A stretch of DNA of 63,786 nt, counting the filler, from Nemertoderma westbladi (Eukaryota; Animalia; Xenacoelomorpha), in the NCBI GenBank assembly GCA_032718475.1. It is 4 parts of 4 records of this genome, joined end to end, with 100 filler letters (N's around TTAATTAATTAA, not from the genome) between each part and the next. Parts side by side here need not be neighbours in the genome. Positions count along the whole stretch, not along the records: positions 37,210 to 60,316 come from JAUCBJ010004195.1; positions 60,417 to 63,786 come from JAUCBJ010002393.1; 2 more parts are not named here. One strand, given 5' to 3'. A program made the position numbers and the translations under genes. Positions within the stretch are counted from its first letter, which is position 1. Every line of letters begins with the position of its first letter. Positions 50,150-63,150 of this stretch are shown in pieces. Below the pieces are notes generated by a model that had not been told where the DNA came from, made no database searches, and saw only the letters and a list, made by a program, of their open reading frames with translations.

Positions 50150-51541
50150 TGTATCTTTATCTAATATAATATAACCAGCTAAAGACCCTCAATACTTTAT
50201 TATTTTTTTATCATCTTTACACTATGCTGCCGCTGGTGAATGCCTACCACTTCATCCGTTCGTTTACTATACTATAGGCCTACAGTATACTAAAGATCAG
50301 TATTGGATTAATGTATAATAATATATGCGATTATCTTCCGCAGCTGCTTGTATCCCTTTTAAATTAATCAAAACACAATAATTGTAAGTGGATGTCATGT
50401 AATGTAGCCCTACTGTTACTTAATTTCTACGTTTAAACATAATTTACAATAAATTAATGAAATCATGTTAATTTTAAATCGGCCACTGGAATGTTGAGCA
50501 GCCAGTAATTGAGATGTAGGTTTAGTTAATTACAAATGTTTTGTGTGCAAATAGTTTCAAAGGTCAGATGTAGCAACAGTCTGCGAGAATTAGAATAAAT
50601 TATTATGTAATTAAAACTAAAATAACAAGATTAAAAACACAATAATTACTGAAAAAAGTCTACATAAATAGAATTAACAGATAATGCTTTTAGTTAAACT
50701 ACAAGTTACACAAAACAGCCAAGCTATTATATCTACTGAATGAAATCCAAAGAGTTTAGGCCTCTTATGTTATGTATTATCTCTGTTATTGCCCTAACTT
50801 ACTGGAATTATGGACAGAATAACTGAATTATTAATGGGAATTTATTTCAAAGGCTTGTAAAAACGATTAAATAAACTGATACCGTACAGAAACTAAACCA
50901 GTAAATATAATATGGAAACTAAACGTGATCGTAAAGATAATTAATTAATTAATAATGCTTAAAATGGTTACGGGTAACCAACCAGTTAGTTCAGAGAAAA
51001 AAAAAGTAAATTGGTATGGCGAGATTGTAAATTCCATCCGAAATGCTTGTCAATATGTAATGTGGTGGTATACAGCCATATAGGCACAGCTTCGAATAAA
51101 GTAAAGTAACAATGTTGCAATAAAACTCAGAGCGATATGATATTAGGCCTACTGTTAGGTACAGCAACTGTAATAGACAAACAGTCGGACAGCCAGACAT
51201 TGAAAGATTTCGTTTATTACTTGACCTGGACCACAAAGAATAATAAAATCAAAATGTACTGAATATTTTAAAATCGATTTTGACTGACAAGATTCGATAA
51301 ACGCTAAACTTTCAGTTTGAATAAAAGTTAGCTCAATTAAAAATTTATAATCCCTCACACTAAACTAATAAGCCCACATACGTAGCACATACTGTACTGT
51401 ACACACACACAGTAAGTCTATTCATTAAAAAACTCAGTAGTACAGTTGTAGGCCTATACATACATTGGACAAAAAATGACCCATGTGAAATATACAAATC
51501 TTTCGGCTGTTATATTTCACCTTGCAGTTTACCCTCATTGT

Positions 51542-51695
51542 GAAGAATACCAGGTTTTCACTAAAAACCCGGGTTACAGAAGGGCAGAATCTAACCAAAA
51601 CAACAAATAATTAGGATCTGTACACTTTATAAAAATCTTTAAATTCTTCATATACAACACAATTTAGACCGAAATCTGAAAACCTGGTATTCTTC
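51542..51695. mobile_element. Small MITE-like element with 19-bp inverted repeats
   Basis: gaagaataccaggttttca / tgaaaacctggtattcttc; TSD not resolved. Confidence 0.55.
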
Positions 51696-54305
51696 TTCAC
51701 TTGGCGCAAAACAATACACTGAAAATGCACACAGCAAACATGAGATACCAATGAAAAAACAATAATTATGTATTTTGCTAAAAGGAAATTCCCTAACCAA
51801 TAAAAAAACTTTGTTACAATACAGTATTTATTTCTGAGTAAAAAAAGTCAATAAAATCTATTAGCAGCATAATAGGAAGGCTTATTGAGAGACAGCAAAG
51901 TCAAATACGGTAGCTGTGGAAACAATATCTGCAAGAACTACTTTAGGCAGAAGAAGCAATGTAATTAATTTTCTGTCCAATAACAGAACAGATAAGTAAT
52001 TGGTTAACTGTCAGAGTATAACTGTTTAAACGGTTGCTATTTACCAATATCCCTATGGTAGGAAGGTTTTTATTACCCCATCATGTCACACAGCACGTAA
52101 TCACAGCGGTAAATAAATAGCATATAGTTAATCTGCATATGATTTAAAATGATTTATAACCAGAAAAATATGTACATGTAATATAACGAACTCGTATTTA
52201 TTTATACTACAGGGTAACGGTGCAACAATAAAATAGCACCGATTGTGTACAACTGTATGTACAGTAGTAGATAGTGTCAGCTGCAAAGTACCAACATTAA
52301 GATTTAAGGATAAATTATGTTTATAAAATGTTTAAATAATATAAAAAAAATTTAAAGTAAAAAAAAATTAAATACAAATAAATAATGCTACATTTTATTG
52401 ACAAAAAATAAGAAGTTGAGCTGATAAGGTGTCTGATTGGTTGGAAATTAAGCATTTAGGCCAATAAAATGGCCAGAAATTAAATAACATATTTTGAGTT
52501 GACAGTTTTTGTGCGAGGTTGACTACCTGTCAGTCACTACTGCTGAAGAGAAAGTATTAAAAAGGACCATATAAATAATTATCTCATCTCCATGACAGCT
52601 GGCATTTAAATATCTAACTTAGAACCACACAACTCCATATGAACTGGTTGGAATAATTAATTCATTCGCTGCACTAAAGTAACTAAAGTAAAGGGGGTAT
52701 GGGGTAGCGGTAGGGGGGGGGGGGGGGGGGGGGGGGGGGGTAAGACAAAAACAAATATACACCGCCATTGCACTAAGTTTATTGAGCGTATTTTGGAACT
52801 CAAATTAGTTAATATCAAATTGTAAATAGTCAAAATATTTAGGCATGTATAAAAATTAACATAATATAATATAAATTAATAAAAATATTTTTCAATAAAT
52901 CATTTTGATTAGTATTTTTTATCAAAATTTATTTTGTGAAATGTCTCAATTAATAGTGTAATGAAATGTCGTACAACATAAATAGTATTATTAATTTTAA
53001 CTTTAAACACTTTAAAAACGACATTTTAATGATTTGAGTAGTTAATGAAAAAAGTTATACAGTAGTTAATGCGCTAATGTGACGAATACTAGCATTTCCC
53101 TTTTCCGTCGAATTTTAATATAAAGACTTTTCAGGTATACTTACTTCACATGGGATGTTGATGGTCGAAGTAAGGAATGTTTCGCGATGTAATATATATC
53201 GAATAATAATAATGGGCTGGAAACGTGTACGCCTATATAATAAAATATGCGAAATTAGTTAATCAATTATTCAATACGAGGGAGACTATTAAACATAGCT
53301 GGAGAACCAATAATGTGGTAACCGTTATATAAAGGTGTAACCAGTAGTGCATTACCGGTGCCGCATGTAATAAGATGCAGCTTCCTCGTTGTAAATCATA
53401 TGCAATCCCGGCGGTGCCACTAACTACCTAGTCAGTGAATAATTGAAGGTGTTGGAACTCATAAAAAGTAATATGTTACAATGTGGCAAGGCTTGTAATG
53501 AATGGATGTGTGGAGTTAGGGAAACTTATTAGATAAACTGTTGGTAAACTTTGAAACATATATGGAGGGTGGGGGGAGGGTGAGGGGGGGGGGGGGTGAG
53601 GATGTGTTGTTCCTCTAGTGCGAAACGGTCCCAGGTAGTCTTTGTCCAAGTGGCTCGCCCCCTTGGGCTAAACAATGTCATCTTGTGTGAGTATAATAAT
53701 TTAGTAACGTAATTTAGTAAAATGTATTTAGTAACAAACCAGTTTAAAAGATTATATTGAGAAACGTTCCGTAGGAGAAGAATACTATACACCATATACT
53801 AGAATTTTGTGTCTTAATGTTGCAATCTCATTAAGATTTGAATAAAAATTTGGGGGTGGGTCCACGTCATTGAATCACGACACTATGTCTGTACTGTATT
53901 CCGGGGCATGGTGTAATATAGTGGTAGATTAAGCAAACTAGTACGTGAATTTATTAGATATATAATAAATTAGGGTACAGTTTTTAATATGACAGCAATG
54001 GGTAGTTAAAAATGAAAGGAGTGGTGGGTCCAAAAACAGCAGAACCTCCGCCGTTAACGCTGTGTTAATGCAACAAACTTGTTGCCAGCGAAATGGCATG
54101 ATATCATTTTCTTCTAAAATAAGTTATAACAGAGTTGTTTCCGGCCTCCAATTAATTATTAACAAAAATAATTAAATTTTCATTACTTGACATTTTTAAG
54201 TTTATAATCTCAAGAAAATTATAATTGTCGCTAATTCAGAATAAAAAAAAATGTAATATTAACGATTAAACATACATAACGATAACAACAATAAATTATT
54301 TATAC

Positions 54306-55154
54306 TTATTTATATTTTTCCACCGTTTTATCTACATTATTATCTTTCACGATCCCCCCTTCAGTGTTATTGCCAAATTCATTGATATCATCTCCAACTT
54401 CTCTAATATTATTAATACAAACTTCTTTCATACCCTCACCAAGTTCCTCAACCTTAATTTCCTCCTCAAATCTCTCAGAAATAACAACAAGTGCATCCTC
54501 TCTGACTCGCGTAACTCTCCCATCTTTCTCCCCTCCCCCCAACCTTCCCTCCCGCACCCCACTGCTCAACCTTTCCTCCGCACCCCTCTCCGCTCCCTCT
54601 AACTCCCTTCCCCTAACCTTTTCCTCCCACTCCCTCAACACGAACCCCGCCACTTTCCCACCCGACTCCTGTTCCCCTCTCGCTCGCCTCCTAGCCTTCA
54701 CTATCGACCTTGGATGGAGGGGCAGGTAACCCGCCAACCCCAACAACTCTGCAACGGGTTTAGTCGGTTGCGCCCCCTCCACCAACCAGTACTTAACTCT
54801 ATCGAAGTTAATACAACACAACTGCTGACCGTGTTCGTTGGGCAACGGATCCCAGAATCCCAACTGCTCTATAAACTGATCCTCGCGGTACCGATACTTT
54901 CTCTCTCGCACCAAACTAGTCCGTTTGTGCCACGGCACACCTAGGTACTGGCCTAATGTCTGCTTCCGCCATTGGTGGCCCGTGTTCTGACTGACCAGCA
55001 GTCTGTAGAAGGGTCGGTTGGAGCAGCCCTCGTACGCGATGCGGATACGTTTACCAAGCGGTCTCGCTAGGCTCGCGTCAATACGTTTCCGATATTCGCT
55101 CATAGGGAGCGGGAGTTTGTATCCCTTCTTCAGTAGTCGTCGTAAATCCGGCAT
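54306..55154 (-). CDS. MRPS16: Mitochondrial ribosomal protein S16 (bS16m), intronless, extended to 282 aa
   Basis: IRIAYEGCSNRPFYRLLV ... IEQLGFWDPLPNEHGQQLCCINFDRVKYWLVEGAQPTKPVAELLGLAGYLPLHPRS matches the animal MRPS16 core; uninterrupted from ATG to TAA. Confidence 0.92.
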   Translation of the reverse strand: MPDLRRLLKKGYKLPLPMSEYRKRIDASLARPLGKRIRIAYEGCSNRPFYRLLVSQNTGHQWRKQTLGQYLGVPWHKRTSLVRERKYRYREDQFIEQLGFWDPLPNEHGQQLCCINFDRVKYWLVEGAQPTKPVAELLGLAGYLPLHPRSIVKARRRARGEQESGGKVAGFVLREWEEKVRGRELEGAERGAEERLSSGVREGRLGGGEKDGRVTRVREDALVVISERFEEEIKVEELGEGMKEVCINNIREVGDDINEFGNNTEGGIVKDNNVDKTVEKYK

Positions 55155-57099
55155 TCTGTGTGAAGGGAAGAACGTATGAACGGCTGAACGGGATCTACCG
55201 GCAGGCGGCAGCGGCTACCCTTAAGCGATATGTGGGCAAGCTGATAAGACCGACACAATCAAATCTTCCTTACTGTCCTTAACCTAATAGTAATATTATT
55301 AAACAATTTATATTATGATTCAGTTATTAGTAGGGCCTACACAGTCAGACAGTGACAGTAGTAATACCGGTTTTACACTATACTGCTATACTACCGGTAC
55401 TGCCAAATTATATTTAAATAGATTGCATTACTCAGATACTATATCAGTATATGCTATAGTCAGATAGTATAGCCGAGCCGAGTGCCGAGGCCGAGTCGAG
55501 CCTTCTTGAGCACAAATCAGATCTAATTTATATACAGTCAGACAGTTGGGAGAAAGCAAGCAAGTCTGACACCAACAGTGACAGTTCTGCAGTTTCACAC
55601 TACCGGTGTGCCGGTGGCCGCAGGCATAATCAATCTGTTACAGACCACAGACTGACAGACTGACAGAGTGTTCAGTGTTACTATCTGACCTGACTATCTT
55701 AGAATGTTAACACGAATTTGAATCAATTTGAATTTCCCGCTAATTTCAATAATCCACTACAGTGCAATAAGCCCGTTTTGAATTATTCAATAGGCCTATC
55801 ATGGGGCCTATATTGTATCTGTCGTTCTTTTACTATTCTCTGCTAATATTTAACATAATTATAATTCCGCTTCATGTGAAATTCTTTAGGCATAATTCTA
55901 CTGTCATTTCGGCTGATGATGTTAAAAATAATTATACCAAACGTTACGGATTTTATATAAACTTTTACTACTGTATATTTTTCCAAATTGCACTACCCAT
56001 AACCATATACTGTAATACTCATTTGCTTCAAACTTCTGTATATCCTCCTGGGACTACTACAGTACTACTGTAGGTCACTTAAGATAAATAATTATAAATA
56101 TACTTGTTTGAAAAAGTAGTACTTTATTTACAATGTGGTGATAAAAGTGATTTGTTACCTGAACAAAAGTAGTGGAGTACCAGTAAGTAAAAATCAAGGC
56201 ACTTCCTTTGTGTTGTTCACAAAGTGGCATGGGGGATGCGGGGGCGAACGATAGTTATATTCTCTTGAAATCTCTAAACACGCATATCTCATATGTTTCT
56301 CAACTAAACTCATATACTGTATTGTTACATTCTATGGTCTTTATCTTTCTTTTCCCCAAAATAAATAGATTAAATAAATAATATATTCCCAAAAAATATT
56401 CATTCAACCTCCACCACAAATAATTTATTGAACTAACAAAATTAAAAACAAAATATGTTCCGCAAAACATTATCACATAGGGCTCCGCCGGTTATTAAAG
56501 TATTACCGTCAAAAAATACATTTCCATCAAAATTGCGATGGTATTGTTACCTCTCTCAGAGAGTGTAAGTGTTTGAAAGTAAAAATAATAATTCCGACTA
56601 AAAGTTAAGGAAAGTTAACGTAAACGAAAGTTAAGGAATTCGAATACTACAGTAGTTATTAATTTATCAAAACTGTTTATTATACCAGTACCTAGATTCA
56701 TGGCAATAAACCTCTTTATATTCTTCATTAATTTATTGTTCATTATTGTCCCTTCTCATAAACCTCATGCGATTCTGCCCAGCATCTTTAGCCAGATGAT
56801 GACTGATGACCTTGGGGGTGATGGGTGCGGGGGGGGGGTATGTGTCACTAATGAGCTTATGATGACCAGGGAGTGTGGAGGGGGGGGGGGGGGGGGTTAT
56901 GGTGGTGCTTAAAAATACAATTTTTTGATGACGGTAATACTTGAATGACCCCCATACCCACAACCACATCCACAGGTACTCTCGTAATGTTCTGTATCTA
57001 CAGTAATGTGAATGAATTGTGCCATTTTAATAAATTTTTTTTAGTTTTTTGAATCCTATTAAATTTGGTCGACCTAAATCAAAGGAGTTTCACGGGTAG

Positions 57100-58810
57100 C
57101 ATTTTGGGTGTCCCTCGATGTCCAAATGTCAGTCCCCAGGACAAGCCAGGGATATTGCGAACATTTGTGGACATCCCATGGATATCCCCCACTTCGGATA
57201 TTTAGGGACATCACGTGATCTCAGGACAAATACCCATTTTGGACACCATTAGGAAAATGGTTCGTGATGTAATATATTTTGAATATAGGATAACGGGATT
57301 TATTAAATTATCAATCCTGGATCCGTGAGCGGAAACGTTCACGTATATACTGTACCTATTTTACTACCAGGCAAGACACCGAACACTCTTATACCCTAAT
57401 TATAATAGTTTAATTTGGTAATTAGCTTACTCCAAAATACTTTTCGAATGATACAGTGTATTCGTCTAGAAATGTCTTGAATAATAACCATTTACTTCAA
57501 GACTTATAATCTCATCTTATATTCAAGTTTATAAAGACACAATATTTCCAATTTCTAATAAAATTTTTGACATAACCTACTTATTGATTTTAATCAAATA
57601 ATGTAGGCCATTCCTTGATGATGTGGGTGTGTGACTGATGGTGAGGTTGTTGGGCCGCTGGGAGTGTGCCAACATAAACGAGGTGTTGACAAGATGTGTT
57701 TTCAATGTGCTTCTTATTATACTGTACATATGTTATAGGAACTGTTCTAGTGGATTTAACCTCGAATGATAAGTTTATTATCAGCGGTCGAAACGGTAGG
57801 CCTACTGGTTCGTGATTTGGAGAGATATGATATGAATTTCAATAAAAATTAAACGATTCCAAAGTATGCATGTTGTGGTGTTAATCCTACAATTGCGCCT
57901 ATAAAAATATAAATTATTTTCGTTAAAATAAACTTATCATTCGTTAAGACCAAGAACAGTTGCTAATACTGTACATTCATTCCAATTCAAAGAAACAACT
58001 TTTTACATCCTCAAATTAAGCTACTGTATAATATGTAATAAATTTGTTAAAACATTAGCAACTTGTAAAAACTACAAATTACAACCAAAATAGGCTACAT
58101 ACATATTGTCAACAATACTCATTGCAATACTCTTTGACAACCAAACACACGTTATATATTTTTAAGTCGCTCCTTGATAGTCAACGAGACGCCACCTTCG
58201 ATATTTCATCCGCACCAACATCGGGGATCGCAAGTTGGACGGCCTCTACGATCGCACGTGATAATTTGTAAGCCTTGAATCCTCCACGTTCTTTCGTCCC
58301 ATGCCTCGTTAGGGTTTCTACAACGTCACCCATTTAAAAGCGATAAACTAAACCTGCGTTTTATTAAGCCTACAGTATATTACCACTTACAGTGTACTAT
58401 ACGTACAATGGAGTACAGTATGGATTAAATTAAACTACAGTATAATTTGATATGTTTTTATAATATTATGCCCTATCGAACTTATTCAGTGGCCATGAAG
58501 TAGAGTAGACTGAGCGGCGGGATATCAGAAAATGAAAGTATTTCAATATAAAATTTGTGGATATCCCGGGGATGTCCCACCCAGGGTTTTACACCGCATC
58601 GCACGATGTCCCCCAGCTTGTCCATTTGGGGATATCCGTGGAATATCCGTAAATGGACTAATTAGGGTTATTCCCCTGGGGATATCCCAGGAATATCCCC
58701 AGATGTCCCCAAAGAAAGTTTTTTCCAGCAATCGATAGAGGGCAGCTGATACCCATTTTGTTTTGGGCACATTTGGGGATATCCCTGGGACATCACCAGG
58801 ATGTCCTCGA
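57100..58810. mobile_element. Degenerate DNA-transposon remnant with gggatatccc repeat clusters and a DUF4806/BEN-like fragment
   Basis: Clusters of ggga[ct]atccc at 57100-57250 and 58520-58810. Minus strand ~58160-58333 reads TLTRHGTKERGGFKAYKLSRAIVEAV...EISKVASR*LSRSD. Confidence 0.4.
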
Positions 58811-58988
58811 CATGAATGGCTGGATCTGGGTTGAAGTTAATATTATTCAGGTCTATGTCATGGAAAAACCCTAGGATTGAATGCATCCCTAAAACGAAAT
58901 ATTTTTCATTATAGGCATAGAATAACACCTTACCTACACCTAACTCCATTATATTGTTGGCGTTGATTAGATATGGGTGGCTCCGCAT

Positions 58989-59072
58989 GTCAGGATGGCC
59001 GAGCGGTCTAAGGCGCTGCGTTCAGGTCGCAGTCTGGTTCTCCAGGCGTGGGTTCGAATCCCACTTCTGACA
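58989..59072 (+). tRNA. tRNA-Leu(CAG)
   Basis: GTCAGGATGGCCGAGCGGTCTAAGGC, anticodon arm CTGCG-TT-CAG-GT-CGCAG, long variable arm, GGTTCGAATCC, acceptor end TTCTGACA, and a T5 terminator just downstream. Confidence 0.97.
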
Positions 59073-59349
59073 ATATTTTTGCTCACTTCATACAAATTTA
59101 CATTGTGATTAAATGTTGCTGTAACTCCGTTTGTCCGCCGTCTGTCTGTTTCTCTTGTATGCTACAATTATCAATGGCATATAAAATTCATATCAGTAAA
59201 ACAAGACAATCCAAGTTCAGAATCATGATAAATGTACCCTGTCTGTCGGTCAGATTGACTGACTGTCTGTCAGTTTCTCTGCCCATTTTATATTGTACGA
59301 TACAATTATCAATGAAATATAAAATTCTTACAAGTAAATCAAGACTATT

Positions 59350-59580
59350 CAAGGATAAAATAGTATAAATTGCATAACGTTGCATATGACGCACAAATAA
59401 GCAATGATGTGTTATACATCTATGGTAACTCATCATTGCCAGAAATAAGCAGCATCCTGCAGAGACCCCCCCCCCCCCTGATGCTTGCTGAGCACAGTTT
59501 CCACCGGCAGGATCAACCTTTACACAACCTTGTGATGTGGTATCCGGCTGGTGAAAATAGAAGTGGTGGACAGCAAATTA
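59350..59580 (+). mobile_element. Old RTE LINE 3' fragment
   Basis: HNVAYDAQISNDVLY...RQDQPLHNLVMWYP...GGQ is homologous to the RTE C-terminus elsewhere in the window. Confidence 0.65.
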
Positions 59581-60316
59581 ATTTATGTCTGTCTGTCTGC
59601 GTGTCTGACTGTCGGTCTGTCTGTTATTTCGTGTTTGTGTTGGTGCTGTGAGAACTGGGAAGACTTTGAGGGGCTGAAATTTTGTGATAATTTCCCCATA
59701 TGCAGTAGTTTCACTACCGATCGGACATGACTTCTAAAAATATAGACTGACAATCATTTCTGTCTGCCTGTCATTCTGTCTGTTTGTCGGTCTGTTTGTC
59801 CATTTTAGTCAAGTACATTAATCTACTAAATTGCAGTATAAGAACACGCAATTGTTCCAAACTGACATTTTATGACGTCTGTGTTGTCTGTAATTGTATG
59901 ACTGACTCTTTGTCATTATGTCTGTATTTTTGTCGATCTGTCTGTTCACTATATAAGGTAACTGCTACACTCATCAACAAACATAAAATTCATATGAGTA
60001 ATTCAATAATATCTATTAATTGAAATTATATTGTGTTTGTTTCCAAAATTATATAGAACTTTACGTGCAATTACTGTAATTATAATTGACAGACAAGCAG
60101 ACAGACAGTCGGACATACAGACAAAGTTGTACAGACCTACAGACTGGCAGACCAGAGCGTCATACGTTGGTAAAGAAACTATTATCCACATAGGATGAGT
60201 ATGTTGTTGAATGAAACTAAGCCATGATAAAATATTTATGTATTGTATGTACATCCAAAAGAACAGACAACAGACAAACAGCTAGAACTCACGAACCGAC
60301 AGTAACTAGGTATTAC

Positions 60317-60416
60317 NNNNNNNNNNNNNNNNNNNNNNNNNNNNNNNNNNNNNNNNNNNNTTAATTAATTAANNNNNNNNNNNNNNNNNNNNNNNNNNNN
60401 NNNNNNNNNNNNNNNN
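60317..60416. other. Assembly spacer (N-TTAATTAATTAA-N)
   Basis: 100-nt artificial linker. Confidence 0.97.
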
Positions 60417-60928
60417 AAATTTAACCAATGTCTGACGTTTCAAAATAACGTTAAAAATCTATGTTAAAATTCAACGTTTGTTTAACGTTTGGGTTTAGTG
60501 TTTTTTGTACATGATTAAATTTAACCAATGTCAGACGTTTCAAAATAACGTTAAAAATTGATGTTAAAATTTAACGTCTGTTTAACGTTTGTGTTTAGCC
60601 ATTTTTGTTCATGATTAAATTTAACCAATGTCAGACGTTTCAAAATAACGATAAAAATTGATGTTAAAATTCAACGTCTGTTTAACGTTTGTGTTTAGTC
60701 ATTTTTGTTCATGATTAAATTTAACCAATGTCGGACGTTTCAAAATAACGTTAAAAAACGTCGGTTTAACGTTTGGGTTTAGTTGATTTTAGACATGTAG
60801 TTTTTAAACGATTATAAGACGTTAGAAAACGTTTGTTCTAAGTTATTTTTATAACTTTATTTTTCTAACCTAAAACAGACTAAAGTCTAACGTTAGATTA
60901 GCGTAATTAACGTAAAATGTTTGCAGGG
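60417..60928. repeat. 100-bp tandem repeat forming the end of an EnSpm/CMC-like non-autonomous element
   Basis: Units start at 60417, 60517, 60617 and 60717 and are rich in AACGTT; the terminus is TGTTTGCAGGG. Confidence 0.75.
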
Positions 60929-60929
60929 A

Positions 60930-61616
60930 TTGCACCCACTTCCGAAAAATACAAGTTTGAGATGTCTAGTTCGATAATTATATATTCCATTGAATTCAGA
61001 ACAGCCATAAACCTCTAAAACGCAAGAAATAAAATGTCACAAACAATTTTATCTATTGAATGGATTTTCAAAATTTCGTGCTAGCACCAAAAATTGCACA
61101 CAGCACCGAAAAATACAAGTTTGATACGCTTGGTGCTATCGTATATATTTCATCGAAACGAGAACCCCCAAAAACCCCAATTGCGTAAAAAACAAGTTTC
61201 AAACAATCAATTTTCAAAATTGACATATTTCAAAATTTGGTGCTGGCACCAAAATTTAGCACCCGCCGAAAAAAACAAGTTTGAAATTTCTAAATCAATT
61301 TATATGAATTCCATCCAATTGCTAACACCAAAAAACCGGTGTAAATCAAAAATAGAGATGTTACAATTCATATTTAATGAAATGTAATTTTCAAAAAACG
61401 TCTCAAAAAAAGTGCCAAAAGTAGGGTTAAAAAATGGTGCTATAACTCGAAAACTACCAAATATTTTTAAAAACGGTTTTCCCTACTAGGAAGACAATAG
61501 ATTTTTAGGAAAAGTCATAAAATTTCAGATTCCCAACTGCGTTTGTTTCAGAATTATAATAAAAAAACCATGGGGGGGGTCATATTGACCCCCCCCCCCC
61601 CCCGGGTTTAATAGGG
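60930..61616. mobile_element. Right end of a piggyBac-like non-autonomous element
   Basis: Ends ...gggggtcatattgacccc...tttaataGGG followed by TTAA (61617-20); the other end was not found. Confidence 0.55.
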
Positions 61617-61880
61617 TTAAGTTAGTGACATTATAATGGCCACTAAATTTTAAATCTATTATTACACCTAGTTAACTTCAATATCTACTTTCCCCTGGAT
61701 GCATGGATGATTATTTTTAAACGATCTAACTGTTTTTGTCTGTTTTCCCTACATTCCAACTGTTTTCGCAATTTCTTACTGATTACAAAAAAAAACGTTA
61801 CAACTTCTGAAAATAAAGCATAACAAACTGTAGAGAACCCTTGAGACTGACTCAATGCATGGCTTACTACGTTTAGATAC

Positions 61881-62660
61881 TGTATGATTCTGGTAGTCTG
61901 TACCTTTTACCGGTACTGCTGTACCTTTATATTAGCCTGACCAGTCCTGCAGTCCTGTAGTCTAATCATGACTACTGCTGTACTGCATACTGGATTACAG
62001 CAGTACTGATGTTTTACCTGTTTACGTGTATTATATTACTGTAATATAAACAATATTGCTTTGCTTATATCAATTTATCTTGTTTATGATCCTACATCGG
62101 ATCATCACATGGCGCTGCGATTATTATAAACTTACATGACTCTCATGGCTCACTCCCATGACTCCACACTTCCAGCCACCGGTGACCGGGATGGCATGCT
62201 GTCGGAGTCTGACGTGTCTGCTACTGTGTCGCCCAAGATGCAACACACACGCAAACTGTCATACGACGAACTGTTCCGTGCGCTCACCGATCACCAAAGG
62301 GTTGCTGATGATCAGCATCGACGTGAGACAGAGGAATATCGCCGAGTTGTCGAAGAACAACGCCGAGAGGATGCACGCCGTGCAGATGAGCGACTTGCAG
62401 CCCTAATCGAGGCGATGCTTCCCTGCGCAGCTATACCTCTGGCACCACCCACCATGCCTACAGCCGATGATCACACCCCCAACCCCCGGCATCCCCCATG
62501 CGTCATCTATACACGCGCACTTGAGCGACTGGACACTGATATCTGACTCCCAGAGTTCCGCACCTGGCGGCGTCAGTGGGAATTCTTCGTCCACCAGCAC
62601 AGACTGACTTCCTACCCTGTGGACAAGCAAACGGCAGCTCTTTTAGGAACTTTTACAATC
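61881..62660 (+). mobile_element. Gypsy-like LTR retrotransposon 5' fragment (LTR, PBS, gag start)
   Basis: TG...CA segment at 61881-62109 is followed by TGGCGCTGCGA, compatible with a tRNA-Ser primer. A gag-like ORF starts at 62136 and continues past a stop as LPEFRTWRRQWEFF...Q.AALL. Confidence 0.65.
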
Positions 62661-62714
62661 CGCCTCGCTCAGTCAGTCGTAGTAAACTGTGCCCTGGACC
62701 TCAGCAACCCCACA

Positions 62715-63150
62715 CTTGTCCCACAAGCTCAGCAGTAAGAAACTCGGCCAATGCATCAATTGGTGGAGTAGGAATTCTGCTAAGCCCATTTGCACTTAAG
62801 ACCCTAAACAACATCGAATCTATAAATTCCAGGGTTATGATCACAACATTTGATGGGAATCCCAAGGCAACAGTTATATGTTGCTACAGTCCAACCAATG
62901 CCTCAGAGCCAGAACAAGCAGTCAAGTTTTATGAAGAAGTGATTGGACTTATAAAGGACATTCCGAGACACAATGTTAAAGTCATTACTGGTGACCTGAA
63001 TGCGCAAATTGGCCCAGAAGACATCAAGGGTTACACCTATAACACCAGTTCTAACAGAAATGGGTACTTACTTTTAGACCTAATGGAAGAATGTGAATTG
63101 ATACTAACAAACAACACATTCGAAAAGAGTAAGGGGAAGCTATGGACCTT
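62715..63150 (+). mobile_element. RTE LINE APE endonuclease fragment
   Basis: Motifs NASIGGVGILLS, ICCYSPTN, GDLNAQIG, NRNG and NNTFEKSKGKLWTF. Confidence 0.88.

Larger units (their letters stand above)
41543..50263 (+). mobile_element. Penelope-like element family A (Neptune/Naiad-like), near full length, interrupted by a DNA transposon
   Basis: TSD ttactatactatag at 41533-46 and 50264-77, with the last 4 nt overlapping the element. A 5' inverted pLTR piece at 41543-41590 is the reverse complement of 50178-50225. Contains an RT plus GIY-YIG ORF and a 3' hammerhead. Confidence 0.93.
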
